From Octopus sinensis (taxonomy: Eukaryota), in assembly GCF_006345805.1 (NCBI RefSeq), contig NW_021836305.1, forward strand, positions 1 through 64,000: 64,000 bases of DNA, in the 5' to 3' direction. A program made the translations under genes and the position numbers. Within the stretch, counting starts at the first letter, position 1, and each line of letters begins with the position of its first letter. This document shows, in pieces, positions 1 to 13,713 of the stretch. The notes under the pieces are model-generated. The model searched no databases. It was not told the DNA's origin and saw only the letters and a list, made by a program, of their open reading frames with translations.

Positions 1-644
1 CACATACATAAAACACAACACACACAACACACAAATATAACATATATTTATATATAATATACGCACATATAACACACACACACAACACACACACACACAA
101 CACACACACACACACATAACACACACACACACATAACACACACACACACAACAGGATGTCCTTTTGAAATACTTGAAATATTTGAAGTTGTTTTCTTTCT
201 CAGACCAGACAACACAATCAAATCCATTTGTAAGTTGAAGGACAATGTAAATGATACACACACACACACTTCTTAACTGTAAATTTAATTTGTATTTGAT
301 TGCATTACAAAAGGCATGTGATTTTTTTTACTTTTTAAGTGTCCTAGGTTAATGCAATTCTGAGCTTGACATAAACCTGCTTATTACTGGAAGCTGATAG
401 ATTATGTCTCAAATATATATACAAAGTATGGGGCTTTAGTTCACAGGTAATCTAAACGATTAGGTATGCTAGGTAAGTGCTGTAATGGATTACTAGGGCT
501 CTAAGGTTATAGCTGAGAGGGTAGTTAGGGAGCCATTGCAGATTTCCGATGCAGTGGATATATAATTGTTAAACAGGACAGGAAACATTAAAGCAAGACA
601 AACATCTCAAGACGTATACAATATTATTATTCGTTTCATTTATT

Positions 645-1022
645 CATTTACTTGTTTCAGTCATTTGACTGCGGCCATGCTGGAGCACCACCTTTAGTTG
701 AGGAAATCGACCCCAGGACTTATTCTTTGTAAGCCTAGTACTTATTCTATCGGTCTCTTTTACCAAACCGCTAAGTTACGGGGACGTAAACACATCATCA
801 TCGGTTGTCAAGCGATGTTGGGGGAGGGGGCAAACACAACACACAACATACACATATATACGACGGGCTTCTTTCAGTTTCCATCTACCAAATCCACTCA
901 TAAGGCTTTGGTCGGCCTGAGGCTATAGCAGACGACACTTGCCCAAGGTACTATGCAGTGGGACTGAACCCGGAAACATGTGGTTCATAAGCAAGCTATT
1001 TACCACACAGCTACTCCTACGC
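645..1022 (-). mobile_element. tRNA-derived composite SINE (family A, internal CA/TA microsatellite)
   Basis: The same sequence (tttacttgtttcagtcatttgactg...aagacacttgcccaagg...ggactgaacccggaa) recurs at ~19985, 31250, 31830, 35400, 36640, 52175, 53397 and 62383. Confidence 0.8.
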
Positions 1023-1650
1023 CTATTATAGGAACAAATTCAAAATCTTACAGCTCTTTCATGGATATATGCAGGATTGCACCTAAGAACTTACACTCAT
1101 GGATCTGCATGGGATTGCACGTACAGACTCATGCTCAGGCTTCTATAAATTCGGGAAGTTGAACTATGAACTTTTATGCTTCTTTTTTCTTTTTTCTTTC
1201 CATCTTGTTATTCTTTTACCCCTTTCTCTATATTGTCATCTATATATAATATATATACCATTCTCATTTTCCCTATTTGTCTCTGATGACAGAATATTCC
1301 ATATTCAGGGATGTCTCAGAAACAGCTGTAAGATTTTGAATTTCTTCCTATAATAATATTGTATATGACTTGAGATGTTTGCCTTGCCTTTATGTTAGCT
1401 GTCCTGTTTAACAATTATATACTCTTTTACTTGTTTCAGTCATTTATATATATATATATATATATATACTTACAAAGGTATGCTGAAAATTTCTTGGCTT
1501 TAAGGGTATCGCAAAAGGCCTGGCTGGAAGCCCAACTTCCTGAGTTCCTTTACAAGGTTGGAAAAACTGAAGGACTGCTGAATAAGTGTGTGAATCTGAG
1601 ATGAGAGTGTGTTGAATAAAATCATAATTAACTGATACTCCTTTATTTTA

Positions 1651-2538
1651 AATAATAATGATAATGAAATTATTGTATACAGTGCTCAGGTGCACCACAA
1701 CTTGTCAAAAGTGTGTATAAAGCATATTCAGTTATGTATGAATGTCTGGAAAGCGAACAGTGTATGAGTCAGACACATGCTTGCGTGTGTATGGAGGAGA
1801 AAAAATCAGGTGTAGTGTTGGCGAATCTCAGGAAGCATGGAAGTTTTGAAGGATGCAGTGCTCCAACAACTAACAACTGATGCCGGCAGTTGTTCCATAC
1901 TTCAGCAAATCTTAGTGTGAAAAAATGTTTCCGAAAGTTATGGGAGCTGTGCTGTTTTCTGACTTTGTAAACATGTCCACAGGTGTTAGACAGGTGGAGG
2001 TTGAAAAGATGCTCAGAGTTATTGTTTGTAAGATGGTTAGTAATTTTATGGGTGTGTGCCAAGTCATCAGCCAGACGTTGGTGTTTCAATGTATCCATGC
2101 CCAGGGAAGTAAGGCGTTCAAAATATGGCAAATGCCTAATGGATGGTATTCTCTTGGTTGCACGTTGCTGAATGGTTTCCAGAAGATTCATATCCTGGGC
2201 AAGATAGGGGTTCCAGACCGGTGAGGCAAATTCCAGGTGAGGCCGCATCATAGCTATATAAAGCCGCAGATAGATAGCCGGAGAGTGGCTCACAAAGGAC
2301 TTGGTGAGTGATGCCAAGACACCCTCAGCCTTTTTGGTAATTTTAGCAATGTGTTTTGTCCAACGCAAATCGCTGTTGGCAATAATGCCAAGGTCACATT
2401 CAAAAGAAGACTTTTTGAGATTAGCGGGAGTAAGTAGACGCTGGGTTTTTCCTCCCAAAATGCATGGTGGTACATTTGTCCACAGCCAGCTTGAGTTGCC
2501 AGTCCATGATCCACTGCTGCATAGTGTCCAGGTCTGAT
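1651..2538 (-). mobile_element. CR1-like LINE, 5'-truncated 3' end
   Basis: Minus ORF 1769-2458 has CR1 C-terminal motifs (RPHLEFASPVWNP, LETIQQRATKRIP, RKHFFTLR..EVWN); 3' UTR ends in an (ATT)n-like tail; homologous to 33350-34125. Confidence 0.9.
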
Positions 2539-4426
2539 TTCAAAGCCAGAAACTTTTCAGCCCCACCCCTTGTGTATACACACACACACATGCACACACA
2601 CATACACACAAGACATTTCCATGCCAAAAACTGTAAGTTATTCCGCCTTTGTAAAATGTATGTATTCTGATATTTCGTTATAGAAATTTACCACTGGCAA
2701 TAATAATTGGGATTCCCCTTGTCACCGTTCTGTATCTTCTGACGAATGTCTCATATCTGGCTGTTATGACAAAACGGGAGCTCTTACGGTCAGCTACAGT
2801 TGGTGGGGTACGTTGTTCTTTGCTTTCCTATCAAACTAAATATTGAATGTATTGACATTGAGGATAAATGCATTTACACCATGCATTTCATTTTAAGTTT
2901 CTCTGCCTCCACAGTCAAAGATGTGTGGCACCTTACATACACACACACACACACACTCACATACCAAGCATATATACTCCTGCTTAAATTTTTCTTTCCT
3001 CCATCTGACTTTGTGATAAAGAGTGTAAGCTCAAAATATTAAAGACACTTTACTTTTCTTATCTCTCATTCTGTGCCAAACTAATTATCATTACATTCTG
3101 TTTTCACTTTGTCTTGTCATTGTTCTCATCAATAATATTCAACAGTCCTTTGCTCAGTAAACTTGTGGGGACTGAGGAAGCTGGAAGTAAATGAATGGCT
3201 TGTGAAAGCTGTACAAACCATGTACAGGGGTATTGACAAGAGGGTGAAAGTTAGCAACAGTGAAAGCACGTGGCATAGTGGTAAGAGTGTTGCATGCATG
3301 ATTGCCAGATTACAGGTTCAGTTCCTGGAACAGGTGACATGTGTTCTTGAGAAAAACACTTCAAGTTTCTCTAGTGCTATGTGGAGACTGGCATGTAAAA
3401 AAGTATTTCCATATTCTCATATTGACTGGCATGTGAAAGAGCATCTATATTTCCTCTGCATGTCATAAAAGGTGACTAAAAGAGGTTGAGGTAGTATTTG
3501 AACACTGGGGTTGTTTAATTGACTAAGAGGGTAGTGAAATCAGTACTTGATCTATTTGAGGGCTTACTAGAAACTGATGAAGAAATTTAAAGACCTGTAC
3601 CATGTTAAGCCATTGACTAGCAATGAAATGTAGATTGGGGAAGTGGAGACACTCATAATATCAAAATAATTTCGAACATCAAAACACAATGAAAAAATGT
3701 AATGCAGTGCTTGGCACCTGATACCCAGATCAGGATGAACAAATTACATAGAACTCTCTTACCTTTGGGGCACTGTTTCACATGGGTTGCCATTTCAGAG
3801 CAGTAAATGTTGGTTTTAATGTTGGGCAGTTACCTTTTGGTATTGGTGACATAGCCATTGATTGTACAGTAGTTAAAAACTGTTATCTAGTAACTCAATA
3901 TGATACAATCTAAATAATAGTCTGCTTGTTTGTTTGACCATTAGACTTTAGTTAGTTAGAGAGGTGGAGTAAAAGTGAGAGGGGACAGGAGAAGAAATGT
4001 GAGTAGAGAAGAAAGAAGAGAGGAGTATAATAATACACTAAGGCCAAATGCATCACATGGTTAGTTGAAGGGAGAGGTGAAGAGTGAGAGAAAAAGATGA
4101 GAGAAAAGTGGGAGAGAGAAGTGGTAATGATGTACTGTAGGGTGGGGAAGGAAAGGTGAAGAGAAAGAGAGAAATGTTATGAAGAGGGGAATTACATGGT
4201 TAAAAAGTTTGTTGAAGAAGAGAGGAATAGAAATTTGAAGTTCTTAGCAGAGGGAAGTTTTAAAATCATATAATGTATTATTGGGACAGGAAGTGAAATA
4301 ATTTGGTAAAATAAAATTAAAAATCATCCTTTCTTTCTTAAATAGCTTCTCTTATCTTTTTTTGTTCTGTGGAATTTCCACAGATCCCAATAGTATAATA
4401 CATAATATAACATTTGATTGAGGAAA

Positions 4427-4640
4427 GGCGGTGAGCTGGCAGAAACATTAGTACGCTGGACGAAATGCTTAGTGGTATTTCATCTGTCTTTACATTCTGA
4501 GTTCAAATTGCACCAAGGTTGACTTTGCCTTTGGTTCTTTTTGAGTCAATAAATTAAGTATCAGTTGCGTACTGGGGTCGATCTAATCTGCTGGCCCCCA
4601 CCCCAAAAGTTTCGAGCCTTTTGCCTAGAGTAGAAAAGAA
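4427..4640 (+). mobile_element. tRNA-derived SINE (family B)
   Basis: ggcggtgagctggcagaaac...gttcaaatt...gactttgcctt...aaattaagta; further copies at 19688-19900 (+) and 60663-60806 (-). Confidence 0.75.
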
Positions 4641-5375
4641 TATTTCATGAAACACTTCAAGGTAGTGAGCAGCATGGCCCGAGTCCAATAACTGAAATAA
4701 CTAAAGAGTGAATAGGTATTTCTGTTCATCAGACCACCTGTCTCTATTTGTTTACCTCTATCTCTATACAGGATGGCTCAAAAGTAGGTTTACAGTTATT
4801 CAAATATCTCTTTCACATTTATATATTAAAAGTTTAGATCTTTATTAAGAAAAAAATATGAAACCATTATTCTTTGCTAATTTAGTTAATTGTAAGATAG
4901 AAATATAAATGTAATAAAATGTTTTAAAAGAAATTTAAAGTGCCCGTGTGATTAACTGTAAATCTATACACTGTATATCTGGTTATTTTCATCTATCTCT
5001 ATCTGTCTGTCAATCCGCCTGTCTGTCTCTGTCTATCAGCTTCTCTCTCTGTGTCTATCTGTCATTCTATCTCTCTCTGTCTATCAGTCACTCTCTCTAT
5101 CCATCTCTGTCTATCTATCAATTTATCCCTGTTCCTCTATCTACTGTTGTCTGTCTTTTTCCGTAATAAATTTTTTAAAATGTACACAGTTACAAATTTA
5201 TATTTATTTACATGACATTCAGGTCTGATAGTTCCTGCACCCCACCACAAGGTTTGGATATGATCTATGTTGTTTTTGTTCTTCTTTTTAATTAATCAGT
5301 CAAACACAAAACAAAAAACAAATAAAACAAATTCTTCAAGATGCAAATTTCTAAAGAATACTTATTTTTTTCCAG

Positions 5376-5479
5376 TTATGGGCTGATCGAGTTCTTGGGG
5401 TTGCTGCCATTATAATACCAATTTCTGTGGCCATGTCAACGTTTGGCGCAACAAATGGAATTTGTTTCACAAGTGGGCG
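5376..5479 (+). CDS. SLC7A9: b(0,+)AT/SLC7A9-like amino-acid transporter, gene 1, internal exon (104 bp)
   Basis: ccag/GTGAGT splice sites; translates LWADRVLGVAAIIIPISVAMSTFGATNGICFTSG(R), matching SLC7A9 TFGDRVL...STIGAANGTCFTAGR; phase fits the next exon. The symbol denotes family likeness, not proven orthology. Confidence 0.92.
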
Positions 5480-5699
5480 GTGAGTATAAGTTTCCAGCCC
5501 ATATTTTGTTTCATCTTAATAATAGTAACGATGTTTATGATGATGGTTATATTAATGAAGATGGAGGTGGGGAGGATGAGAAAGTGACGATGGTGGTGTT
5601 GAAGATGATGTCAATGATGACGGTAATGGCAGTGAAGTTTATTACATGATTATCAAAATATTTTCCTATTTTCTGCATGTAGGTTCTTGCATTTTATTT

Positions 5700-5989
5700 G
5701 GAGCGATGTAGTTTGTCCACCGATGCGACGAAGACCATCTAGTCATCCTGGGGTGGGGGTGGGCTTGTTTTGTGAGTCTGCAGATGGCTAGTGAGGCCAA
5801 TCTGGGCCCATTCTTCCTGGCTTATCTGCGGTCTTCTGCAACAGCGATCCTATTGGTCTCGCATGTGTTGGCACCCTTGTCGACAGCTGATATGGGTCTC
5901 AAATTCTGATACAACGCCAGCAATGTTATGTACTGGAGTCAATCTGATCAGTTATACCTGTTCTCCAAAATGTGAGGCCTTGGGAAACA
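5700..5989 (-). mobile_element. RTE-clade LINE 3' end remnant
   Basis: Minus strand encodes ...QIGLTSHLQTH, the C-terminal His motif typical of RTE ORFs, followed by a short 3' UTR. Confidence 0.55.
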
Positions 5990-6700
5990 TTATCATATGG
6001 GAAGGATCTAGATAGAATATTCCATTTCATATAAATTTGTTTATTATAAAGGTAGTGAAGAAAGGAAGAGAAGAGAGAAAATTACTTCTGGTTCTGATGT
6101 CTTGTTTACATAGGTAGTTCATCGTCTCACTTGTTGAAAAGAATATCTAACAATTACTCTACATTAAGACATATCAAGAAACACAAAAATACTGGGATTA
6201 ATAAATTAATTTGGTCACTAAAGGAACATAATAAACAAATTGATATGAAATGGAATATTCTATCTAGATCCTTCCCATATGATAAAGGTAAATCTTTTTG
6301 TCCGCTCTGTAATGACGAACAATTTCTCATCCTGCTCTCAAAGAATTTTCTTGTTTAAAGAATGCATTTATCATTATAAACATTGGCAAAAACATACCTT
6401 TAGTTCCTATAAGTAATTTCTACCAATCTATAAAATTTGACCTTTAACTACCTTCTTACATTTCATTTCCACTGCATATATCTATTTCCATGCTTTTAAG
6501 CTTTATTCCAATTCATCTATCACGCTATATTTCTCCACTCTTGATTTTCTGTTAATTTCTTTCTTTCTCCTTTTTCCCTTTCACCAAATTGCCTTTGACA
6601 TTAAATCTATTAACATCTAAGAAGAAATTGCTTAATGAAAGACGTGTGAGCGTTCTATCTTGTACACACTATTCTAAATATGTGTTTAGAAAATTTTATT
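5990..6700 (+). mobile_element. Penelope-like element remnant (GIY-YIG C-terminus) with inverted upstream piece
   Basis: ORF 6131-6358 KLIWSLKEHNKQIDMKWNILSRSFPYDKGKSFCPLCNDE resembles the GIY-YIG tail at 57598-57921; 5990-6032 is the reverse complement of 6243-6285. Confidence 0.65.
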
Positions 6701-6904
6701 AAGTGTCTATATTTGTACTCATATGTATCCATTTATATGTGTACATGTATATGTATATACGAATAATCATATATTTGAGTATATGCATATATATATATTT
6801 GTATACATGGGTACATGTTGTTTGTATTTATCTGATGCTATTTATAGCTTGTTTTGCATATGTTTGTGCATATATATATGTATATATATATGTGTGTGTG
6901 TGTG

Positions 6905-6940
<36 letters not shown>

Positions 6941-7205
6941 GTGTGTGTGTGTGTATTTGTATGTGTATATGCATGTATATGTACATGTACAAGTATATCT
7001 ATTGAAGTCTCTATATTCATATGTATGTATATATATGTGTGAGGGGAGGGTATTTGTATGTGTTTTGAATAAGTGCATATATGTGTGTGTGTGTGTATAT
7101 ATGTATATGTGTGTGTATGTATATGTATGAATGTGTATACATATATATACGTGCGTGTGTGTGTGTGTGTGTGTGGTGTGTGTGTGTGTGTGTGTATATG
7201 TATAT
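6700..7205. repeat. Compound (TA)n/(TG)n microsatellite tract
   Basis: Directly visible low-complexity dinucleotide runs. Confidence 0.85.
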
Positions 7206-7719
7206 CTGTAAGATTTATCATCTTAATCTATATTATTCTACTGGATTTGGAAAATTGTTGGCAGATTAATTCAGAATTTGATCTTTTTAATGCTATTCTC
7301 GTATACTTGTAGTTACTGTTATATACATCATTATATTAGAATTAATATTAATTACATATCACAAATAAGATGTTTTCATTATACTAAATAAATAAATGTA
7401 TTAATACTTCCATTTCATTTATTAATTAATTGATGATAATTATAATAACGATAACAATTATAATAGATAATTAGTTTTATTTCACTTAATAAATAAATTT
7501 AATAACCAAAATATTATAGTATTGTATAGTTTATACGTTATATTATTATTACAACAATATTATTTTGTTAATTCTCAAAGAATTATAAAATTTGTACATA
7601 TACTATTTATAGTCACTTAATTCAAAAATAACAATATTAGTTATTTTTATTGTGAGAAATCCTTAATACTTGTTTTGTTATGTTACTTAATTTACTTATC
7701 TATAGTGTTCTCCCTTCCG

Positions 7720-7769
<50 letters not shown>

Positions 7770-7771
7770 TA

Positions 7772-8337
7772 TTGGGTTGTCCGGAAAGTTCGTGCTGATT
7801 TTTAAAGGAAAGAAAAAGGTCAATAAATACTTGCCATTGCATTTTTAATCAACTAAATACGAACCATTTTGTTGTACAATGCGTCTCAATCTTTCCTTTG
7901 ACTTGAAAATACCCTCTTCCCAGAATTGAGGGGGTTTCATGTCAAAGAATTCATCGAGGTATCTTTTTACGTCATCCAAGGAATTGAAATTTTTACCATT
8001 AAGACTATTCTTCAGAGACCTGAATAAGTGGAAATCCGAAGGAGCAATATCTGGTGAATATGGGGGGTGGGGTAACACATCCCAGCCGAGCGGCAGCAAT
8101 TTTTGTCTGGTTCCCAAAGCATCGAGTGCCAAAAATGAACTTTCTTATCTTCCATCTTAAAGGGTTACAGAATTAACACAGGTTATAGGAACATAAGCCT
8201 TCTTCCACGAAAAGATAGCTTAAACTGTGCTCTAAATGGAGGTGTAGTCAAATCCTATTTTATGAACTCAACCATGTTCTAAAATAAGTCGAAAGGTAAG
8301 CTACTATAAAACGGCACAAACTTTCCGGACGACCCAA
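7772..8337 (-). mobile_element. Internally deleted mariner transposon
   Basis: ~28-bp TIRs TTGGGTTGTCCGGAAAGTTCGTGC / GCACAAACTTTCCGGACGACCCAA with TA on both sides; minus ORF 7845-8132 carries HPPYSPDIAPSDFHLF. Confidence 0.92.
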
Positions 8338-8420
8338 TATATATAAACATTTGTGATATTGTATGTGTTGTTGTTACTGTATTTACTGTTACAATAAATG
8401 TCTCATCTTGTAATCTTTAG

Positions 8421-8517
8421 ATTGACTTACGCTGCAGCCAGAGAGGGTCATCTCCCACAGGTTCTCTCCTATCTTCACATCAGGAAGAAAACTCCTGTCA
8501 TCTCCCTTATATTCTTA
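8421..8517 (+). CDS. SLC7A9: SLC7A9-like gene 1, internal exon (97 bp)
   Basis: tttag/GTAAGT; (R)LTYAAAREGHLPQVLSYLHIRKKTPVISLIFL matches SLC7A9 [25 protein letters not shown]. Confidence 0.93.
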
Positions 8518-9127
8518 GTAAGTCAAGTATATGATACCTCTGTATTCTCAGATGTTCATTCTATTGTGTTGTTAAATTATGTGTGTATATGCATACATAT
8601 ATACATGCATACATATGCGTGTGAGTGAGTGACTAAATGTATGTACAATATATATATATATATATAGCGAGAGAGAGAAAGAGGGTAGTGAAAATAAAGA
8701 AATTCCTGGGCGCTGGAAGGCTGAGAACACAGCTTAGAAAATCAGGTAAATGCCCTTAGAAGTGACCAGCAAGGCTCCAATTGGTATTTGCTGCCTTGTA
8801 AAGGTGTTGATTCAATTTTCTAAGCTGTCTTCACAATCTTCCTGCATTCACAAATTCTTTTATATTCTATAAAATATCAACACACTTGGGGCTTATAAAT
8901 TTGTTTACAATGTATGTGTGTATGTATGCATGCGTATGGTAAAGCTTTAACATGTAGAAAAACACTTGATCAGTGAAGTGATTAAAGATAATCTTTAAAA
9001 AAAATCCCCACAAATCTTGTAATTACAGCTACCCAGGGAGAAATAATAATTTATCAATAATGAGACCTATTGAGTCAAGTACGTCAACATCAGCATCAAA
9101 ATAAAAATCAAATGGAAATTGTAGTTA

Positions 9128-9452
9128 TGATACCCGTGCCGGTGGAACGCAAATAGCACCATGCAAACGTGGCTGATGCCAGCGCTGCCTGACTGACGTC
9201 CATGTCAGTGATATATAAAAAGCACCAACCGATCGTAGCTGTTTGCCAGCCTACCCTGGCCCCTGTGCCAGTGGCACATAAAAAGCACCCACTACACTCA
9301 CGGAGTGGTTGGTGTTAGGAAGGGCATCCAGCTGTAGAAACACTGCCAGATCAGACTAGAGCCTGGCGCAGCCTCCTGGCTTCCCAGACCCCAGTCGAAC
9401 TGTCCAACCCATGCTAGCATGGAAAACCAACGTTAAACTATGATGATGATGA
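9128..9452 (+). mobile_element. RTE 3'-UTR-derived short repeat ending in (GAT)n
   Basis: ccaacccatgctagcatggaaa...gttaaa-(gat)n tail identical in pattern to the 3' end of the RTE LINEs at 25870 and 29548; further copies at 16205 (-), 21115, 23810, 30120, 35900 and 37195 (-). Confidence 0.8.
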
Positions 9453-9984
9453 ATTCATTCCACTACTTATTAATATGAAAACAAGACCGTTTGTCAGTTT
9501 GAGTAAAAAACAATTAAACGAGAGACAATTGAAAAGAAGACAAGAAAGAAAGCCCCAAGAAAGATAACCAATGTTACACTAATTCAATGTCAAACAGACG
9601 TAAACCAGTTGTCAATAGTTTACTATGTGTCCGGTGGACTACCTTTAAATTCCGACAAGATGTGTCCTGAAATACGGGCATACCAGAAAAATCTCGTTCC
9701 TTGAACTTATGTATTTGGTTGGAAGTTTTCAAGCTTTTTAATAGATTCAATTTTTCAATAGAACACACAGAAGGTTTTTTAGACCCTGTTAATATAGGGT
9801 TTGGATTTGTATCGAAATTGATCCTTTCGTCTTTAAGTTTCCAGATTAAAATCGAAAGGGTTATTGAATCCCTCTTATCACGGTATATAAAGTTTGAAAG
9901 ATAAATGTAGGTAGAAGGTCCTTGCACTTAGTAGATATCCACTTTCCTAGCACCCTTTTAAAGCCTAGCCGGGCTCATGGGCCT

Positions 9985-10178
9985 GGTTTCAATGGCGTAT
10001 GTGTTCTTCAGTTGGACGGGACACCATTCCATCGCAGCGTTACTCATTTTTGCCAGCTGAGTGGACTGGAGCAACATGAAATGAAGTGTTTTGCTCAAGT
10101 ACACAATGCGTCGCCCGGTCCAGGAATCGAAACCACAATCTTACGATCAAGATGCTTGACACTCTAACCACTAGAACC
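9985..10178 (-). mobile_element. tRNA-derived SINE (family C)
   Basis: Reverse complement of the tRNA-like head plus core at 15078-15250 (gtggttaag...gttcgattcctgg...ttgctccagtccactcagctggcaa); another copy at ~29555. Confidence 0.65.
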
Positions 10179-10634
10179 CATAGACACAGTAAAATCTTTA
10201 ACAGACACACAATAAAAGTTTCTTTTTTATGTCCTGTTAATGCCAAGTCGTATATCAATAAGTAACAGATGACTCAAACCTGCCCTGGCTGAACATGTAA
10301 AGACAAATCTCAATTACCTCTTGGACAGGACTATGATACATCTTCCGTTGTTTACGAAGTTTGGCTTGTTGTATGTCTCCACTGTCCTGCTTTTGTTACC
10401 AACTTTGACCCTCCACAAATCCCAAATTTTATTTTGGTTCACGGGAGCAACTGCCTTTCGAAGCCTCATATTGTTGTTAATTGCTCGAAATGAGGAGTTG
10501 ATGGACAGCCAACAACTGATGAAGGGTTGTTCTTTATGTTACTTGTCTTGTTTACCATTTGTTCCTCTCGTTGTTCACATAGCCAAGTTCGTCTGCGTAT
10601 TTCATGTTGTTTACGTTTTTTTACGTCCTATACC

Positions 10635-10665
<31 letters not shown>

Positions 10666-10775
10666 ATATATGTACGTATATGTATGCATATATGCATGTG
10701 TGTGTGTATATATATATATATTTCAAGAGTAGTGTTCACAAATTTCAGGAAGCATGGAGTTTTTGAAGGATGGAT

Positions 10776-11390
10776 TGTCCTGACCGAGAACACCGGAGGT
10801 CTCAACTATCACAGGCTCGATCATAAACCTGTCGGAGAGTGACCTATACTTTGACAGTTTGTTTTTCTTAGCTTGACGAACAACAGAGCCTGGGCTGGTA
10901 GCTGACAACACAGGGGAAGGTGTCACAGCTTGTGGCATCCCAGATGAGGGACCTACCAACACGAAACGGGAAAATTGTCATACCATCCAGCCTTTTACCA
11001 TCCCCTCAGTCTTGCCCTGCAGATTCGAGCTGGAAAGGGAAGCCTGTGGCATTTAGGCCCTGATTTATGATCTTGTTAAGGGTGGCATAGAAAGTGGTCA
11101 GCACTATGACGGCAGGACAGTGGAGTGAGGCTGAAAGAATCCACTGTGGATCCGAAGTAGCATCCATGAGGCTCTCAGATCTGGAGACCAAACCTCAAGG
11201 AAATGCCAATGCACTGGTAGTCATTATCAAGCTGAGTGCCAGTTGCAAGTGATGGCACCGCATTGAGCCAAGCTCTGCTGTGAGGCTTGAAAGCTGAATG
11301 GAAATAAGCTGGATGGTTCTGGTCAGGTCTTGAATAAACCATTGCACCTTATATATACAAAGGTATGGCGATGGAAACAAGGAAAATAGA
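10776..11390 (-). mobile_element. CRE-like non-LTR retrotransposon, restriction-like endonuclease (RLE) region, decayed
   Basis: Minus-strand translation [40 protein letters not shown]...[32 protein letters not shown] matches the KRPDG...K..KY...P.AVET.G RLE signature of CRE-clade elements. Confidence 0.72.
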
Positions 11391-11849
11391 ACTCAAAATA
11401 TAAGTATATGTGTATTTTTATTAATATTTAGCAGAAGTAACAGAGTGACTCAAGTGCCGAAAGTTTTGTGGCTGATCAGTGCCAACACATGAAATTCTTG
11501 GTCCCTGAGTCATTCTGTTCCCTCTGCTAAATATCAATATATATAAGTAATGATTTACCATTCAGGTACACACCTTGTAGTGTGCTGTTCAAAGCCTCAA
11601 AGCCCCTTCACAGTTCCTTGTATAAATGTGCAGCACACGACAACTTCTAAAATGGATTGATATGTAAATAAGTGAAACAGCAAATAAAGAATTATATACC
11701 TTGTGACAAGTTATATGAGATGACACATATGTACCTATGATGCACCACAACTGTTTGCACGGGATCTCACCTGTAAGGTACCAGTGCACGGAGTGAGTAG
11801 ACAAACGTAAGAAAGGCACCCACCATGGCAAGGGACGACTATCAGAAGC

Positions 11850-11913
<64 letters not shown>

Positions 11914-12640
11914 TATATATATAAAGGGAAATAAAACAAAAGACGAAGGCAGGTGGAGTACAAACAAACAAATGTATTAGTATAGCGCTCAGGAATAGAA
12001 ATAGAAAAGTCTTATGTATGTATAAAGAAGTGTCATGGGTGGTCATAGAGGCGATACATCAGAGTCACCTATGCTGCTAAGCACTTTATAGGTACGAAAC
12101 CAATGGTCACTTTATGACCAGCCCCGTAACATTTAACTTCTTACAAAATATATTTCTGCTATAATGCTTTAGAATGTGCCTCATTTTCAGATATATGAAC
12201 GACTGATTATATAAAGAGGGAGAGAGAGAATGTGTATGTGTGTAACATATGATGTACATACTGTACACTTTTTGCTCCCCAAACATGCAAATCTATCAAA
12301 ATTGCAAGCGTTTAGTGAATTATCTTACCCAGTTTTATTGAATGATTGTATTTCATGTTTTAGTTCTGTTTGCTGAAATTTGTGATGCCATATCCAGGCC
12401 CTGTTTTGGAACCAATGAGGGAGCCTCATGTCTCCTCCAAATCTCAAATCTCTCTCTAATGACCTTTAAATAAAATCTGTATCAGAAAAAATATATTAAC
12501 TGGTAAAAGAAATAAAAGAAACAAAATTGAACAGCTTCGTCATGGATGGAGCTCCTTTGTTTCCATGTCTGTTCCAAACAATTATAACATCCTATTGTAC
12601 TAGAACTGTCCTAATACTGAATTCTTTGCTTTATCTGCAG

Positions 12641-12790
12641 GCAATAATTGCTTTGATCATGATAATACCAGGAGAAATATCTTCACTAATTGATTTCTTC
12701 AGTTTTACTGCCTGGCTTTTCTATGGACTGGCTTTCTTATCGCTTATAGTAATGAGGTTTACAAAGAAAGATGAGCCCAGACCTTTCAAG
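12641..12790 (+). CDS. SLC7A9: SLC7A9-like gene 1, internal exon (150 bp)
   Basis: ctgcag/GTAAGT; [50 protein letters not shown] matches [23 protein letters not shown]...RPIK. Confidence 0.95.
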
Positions 12791-12802
12791 GTAAGTAGAC
12801 AA

Positions 12803-12861
<59 letters not shown>

Positions 12862-13328
12862 CACATGCACACGTGGATATATTTCTTGTTACCAATCCTC
12901 ACCTGTTTTTGAAGCAAGATAATATTTCCCTATGGGCAGATATATTTCCACGGAACATTAGGAATAAATAACACTGCTTGGATGACAGGGATGCTCATTT
13001 ACAAATATCATGTTATTGAGACGAGGAGACACACACACACATGCATATGAAATCGATGAGAGTATTTACATACATTGGTGCAGTGAGTAAAGTCAGAATA
13101 ACAAAAGAGTACTTCTGTAGACTATGGGAAATATGGAACTCAGAGCTGTCTGCATTTAACAAAACCATATCTCATAATGCTTTTGTAGTACCAGTGCTAG
13201 TGCCAATATTTGGAACATGAAAGCCAGAAAAGTACTGACTACCAGTACTTTGAATGTTGTACCATTCAAAACGTTTTATTCTTTACAAACAATACACAAT
13301 GCTTCAAGCGATCTACAATACTCTCCTA

Positions 13329-13680
13329 TACATACATACATACGTACATACACACATACATACATACATACATACATACATACATACATACACACATACA
13401 TACATACACACATACATACATACACACATACATACATACATACATACATACATACATACCTGCATACATACATACATACATGCATGCATACATACATACA
13501 TACATACATACATACATACATACATACATACATACATACATACACATACATACATACAACATACATACATACATACATACATACACACATACATACATAC
13601 ATACATACATACATACATACTACATACATACATACATACATGCATGCATACATACATACATACATACATACATACATACA

Positions 13681-13712
<32 letters not shown>
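13329..13712. repeat. (TACA)n tetranucleotide array, ~380 bp
   Basis: Directly visible. Confidence 0.95.

Positions 13713-13713
<1 letters not shown>

Noticed and set aside
1-5375. Upstream exons of SLC7A9-like gene 1
   Set aside because: No segment encoding the expected preceding [12 protein letters not shown]-like exon with splice sites was found by eye; it probably lies before the window.
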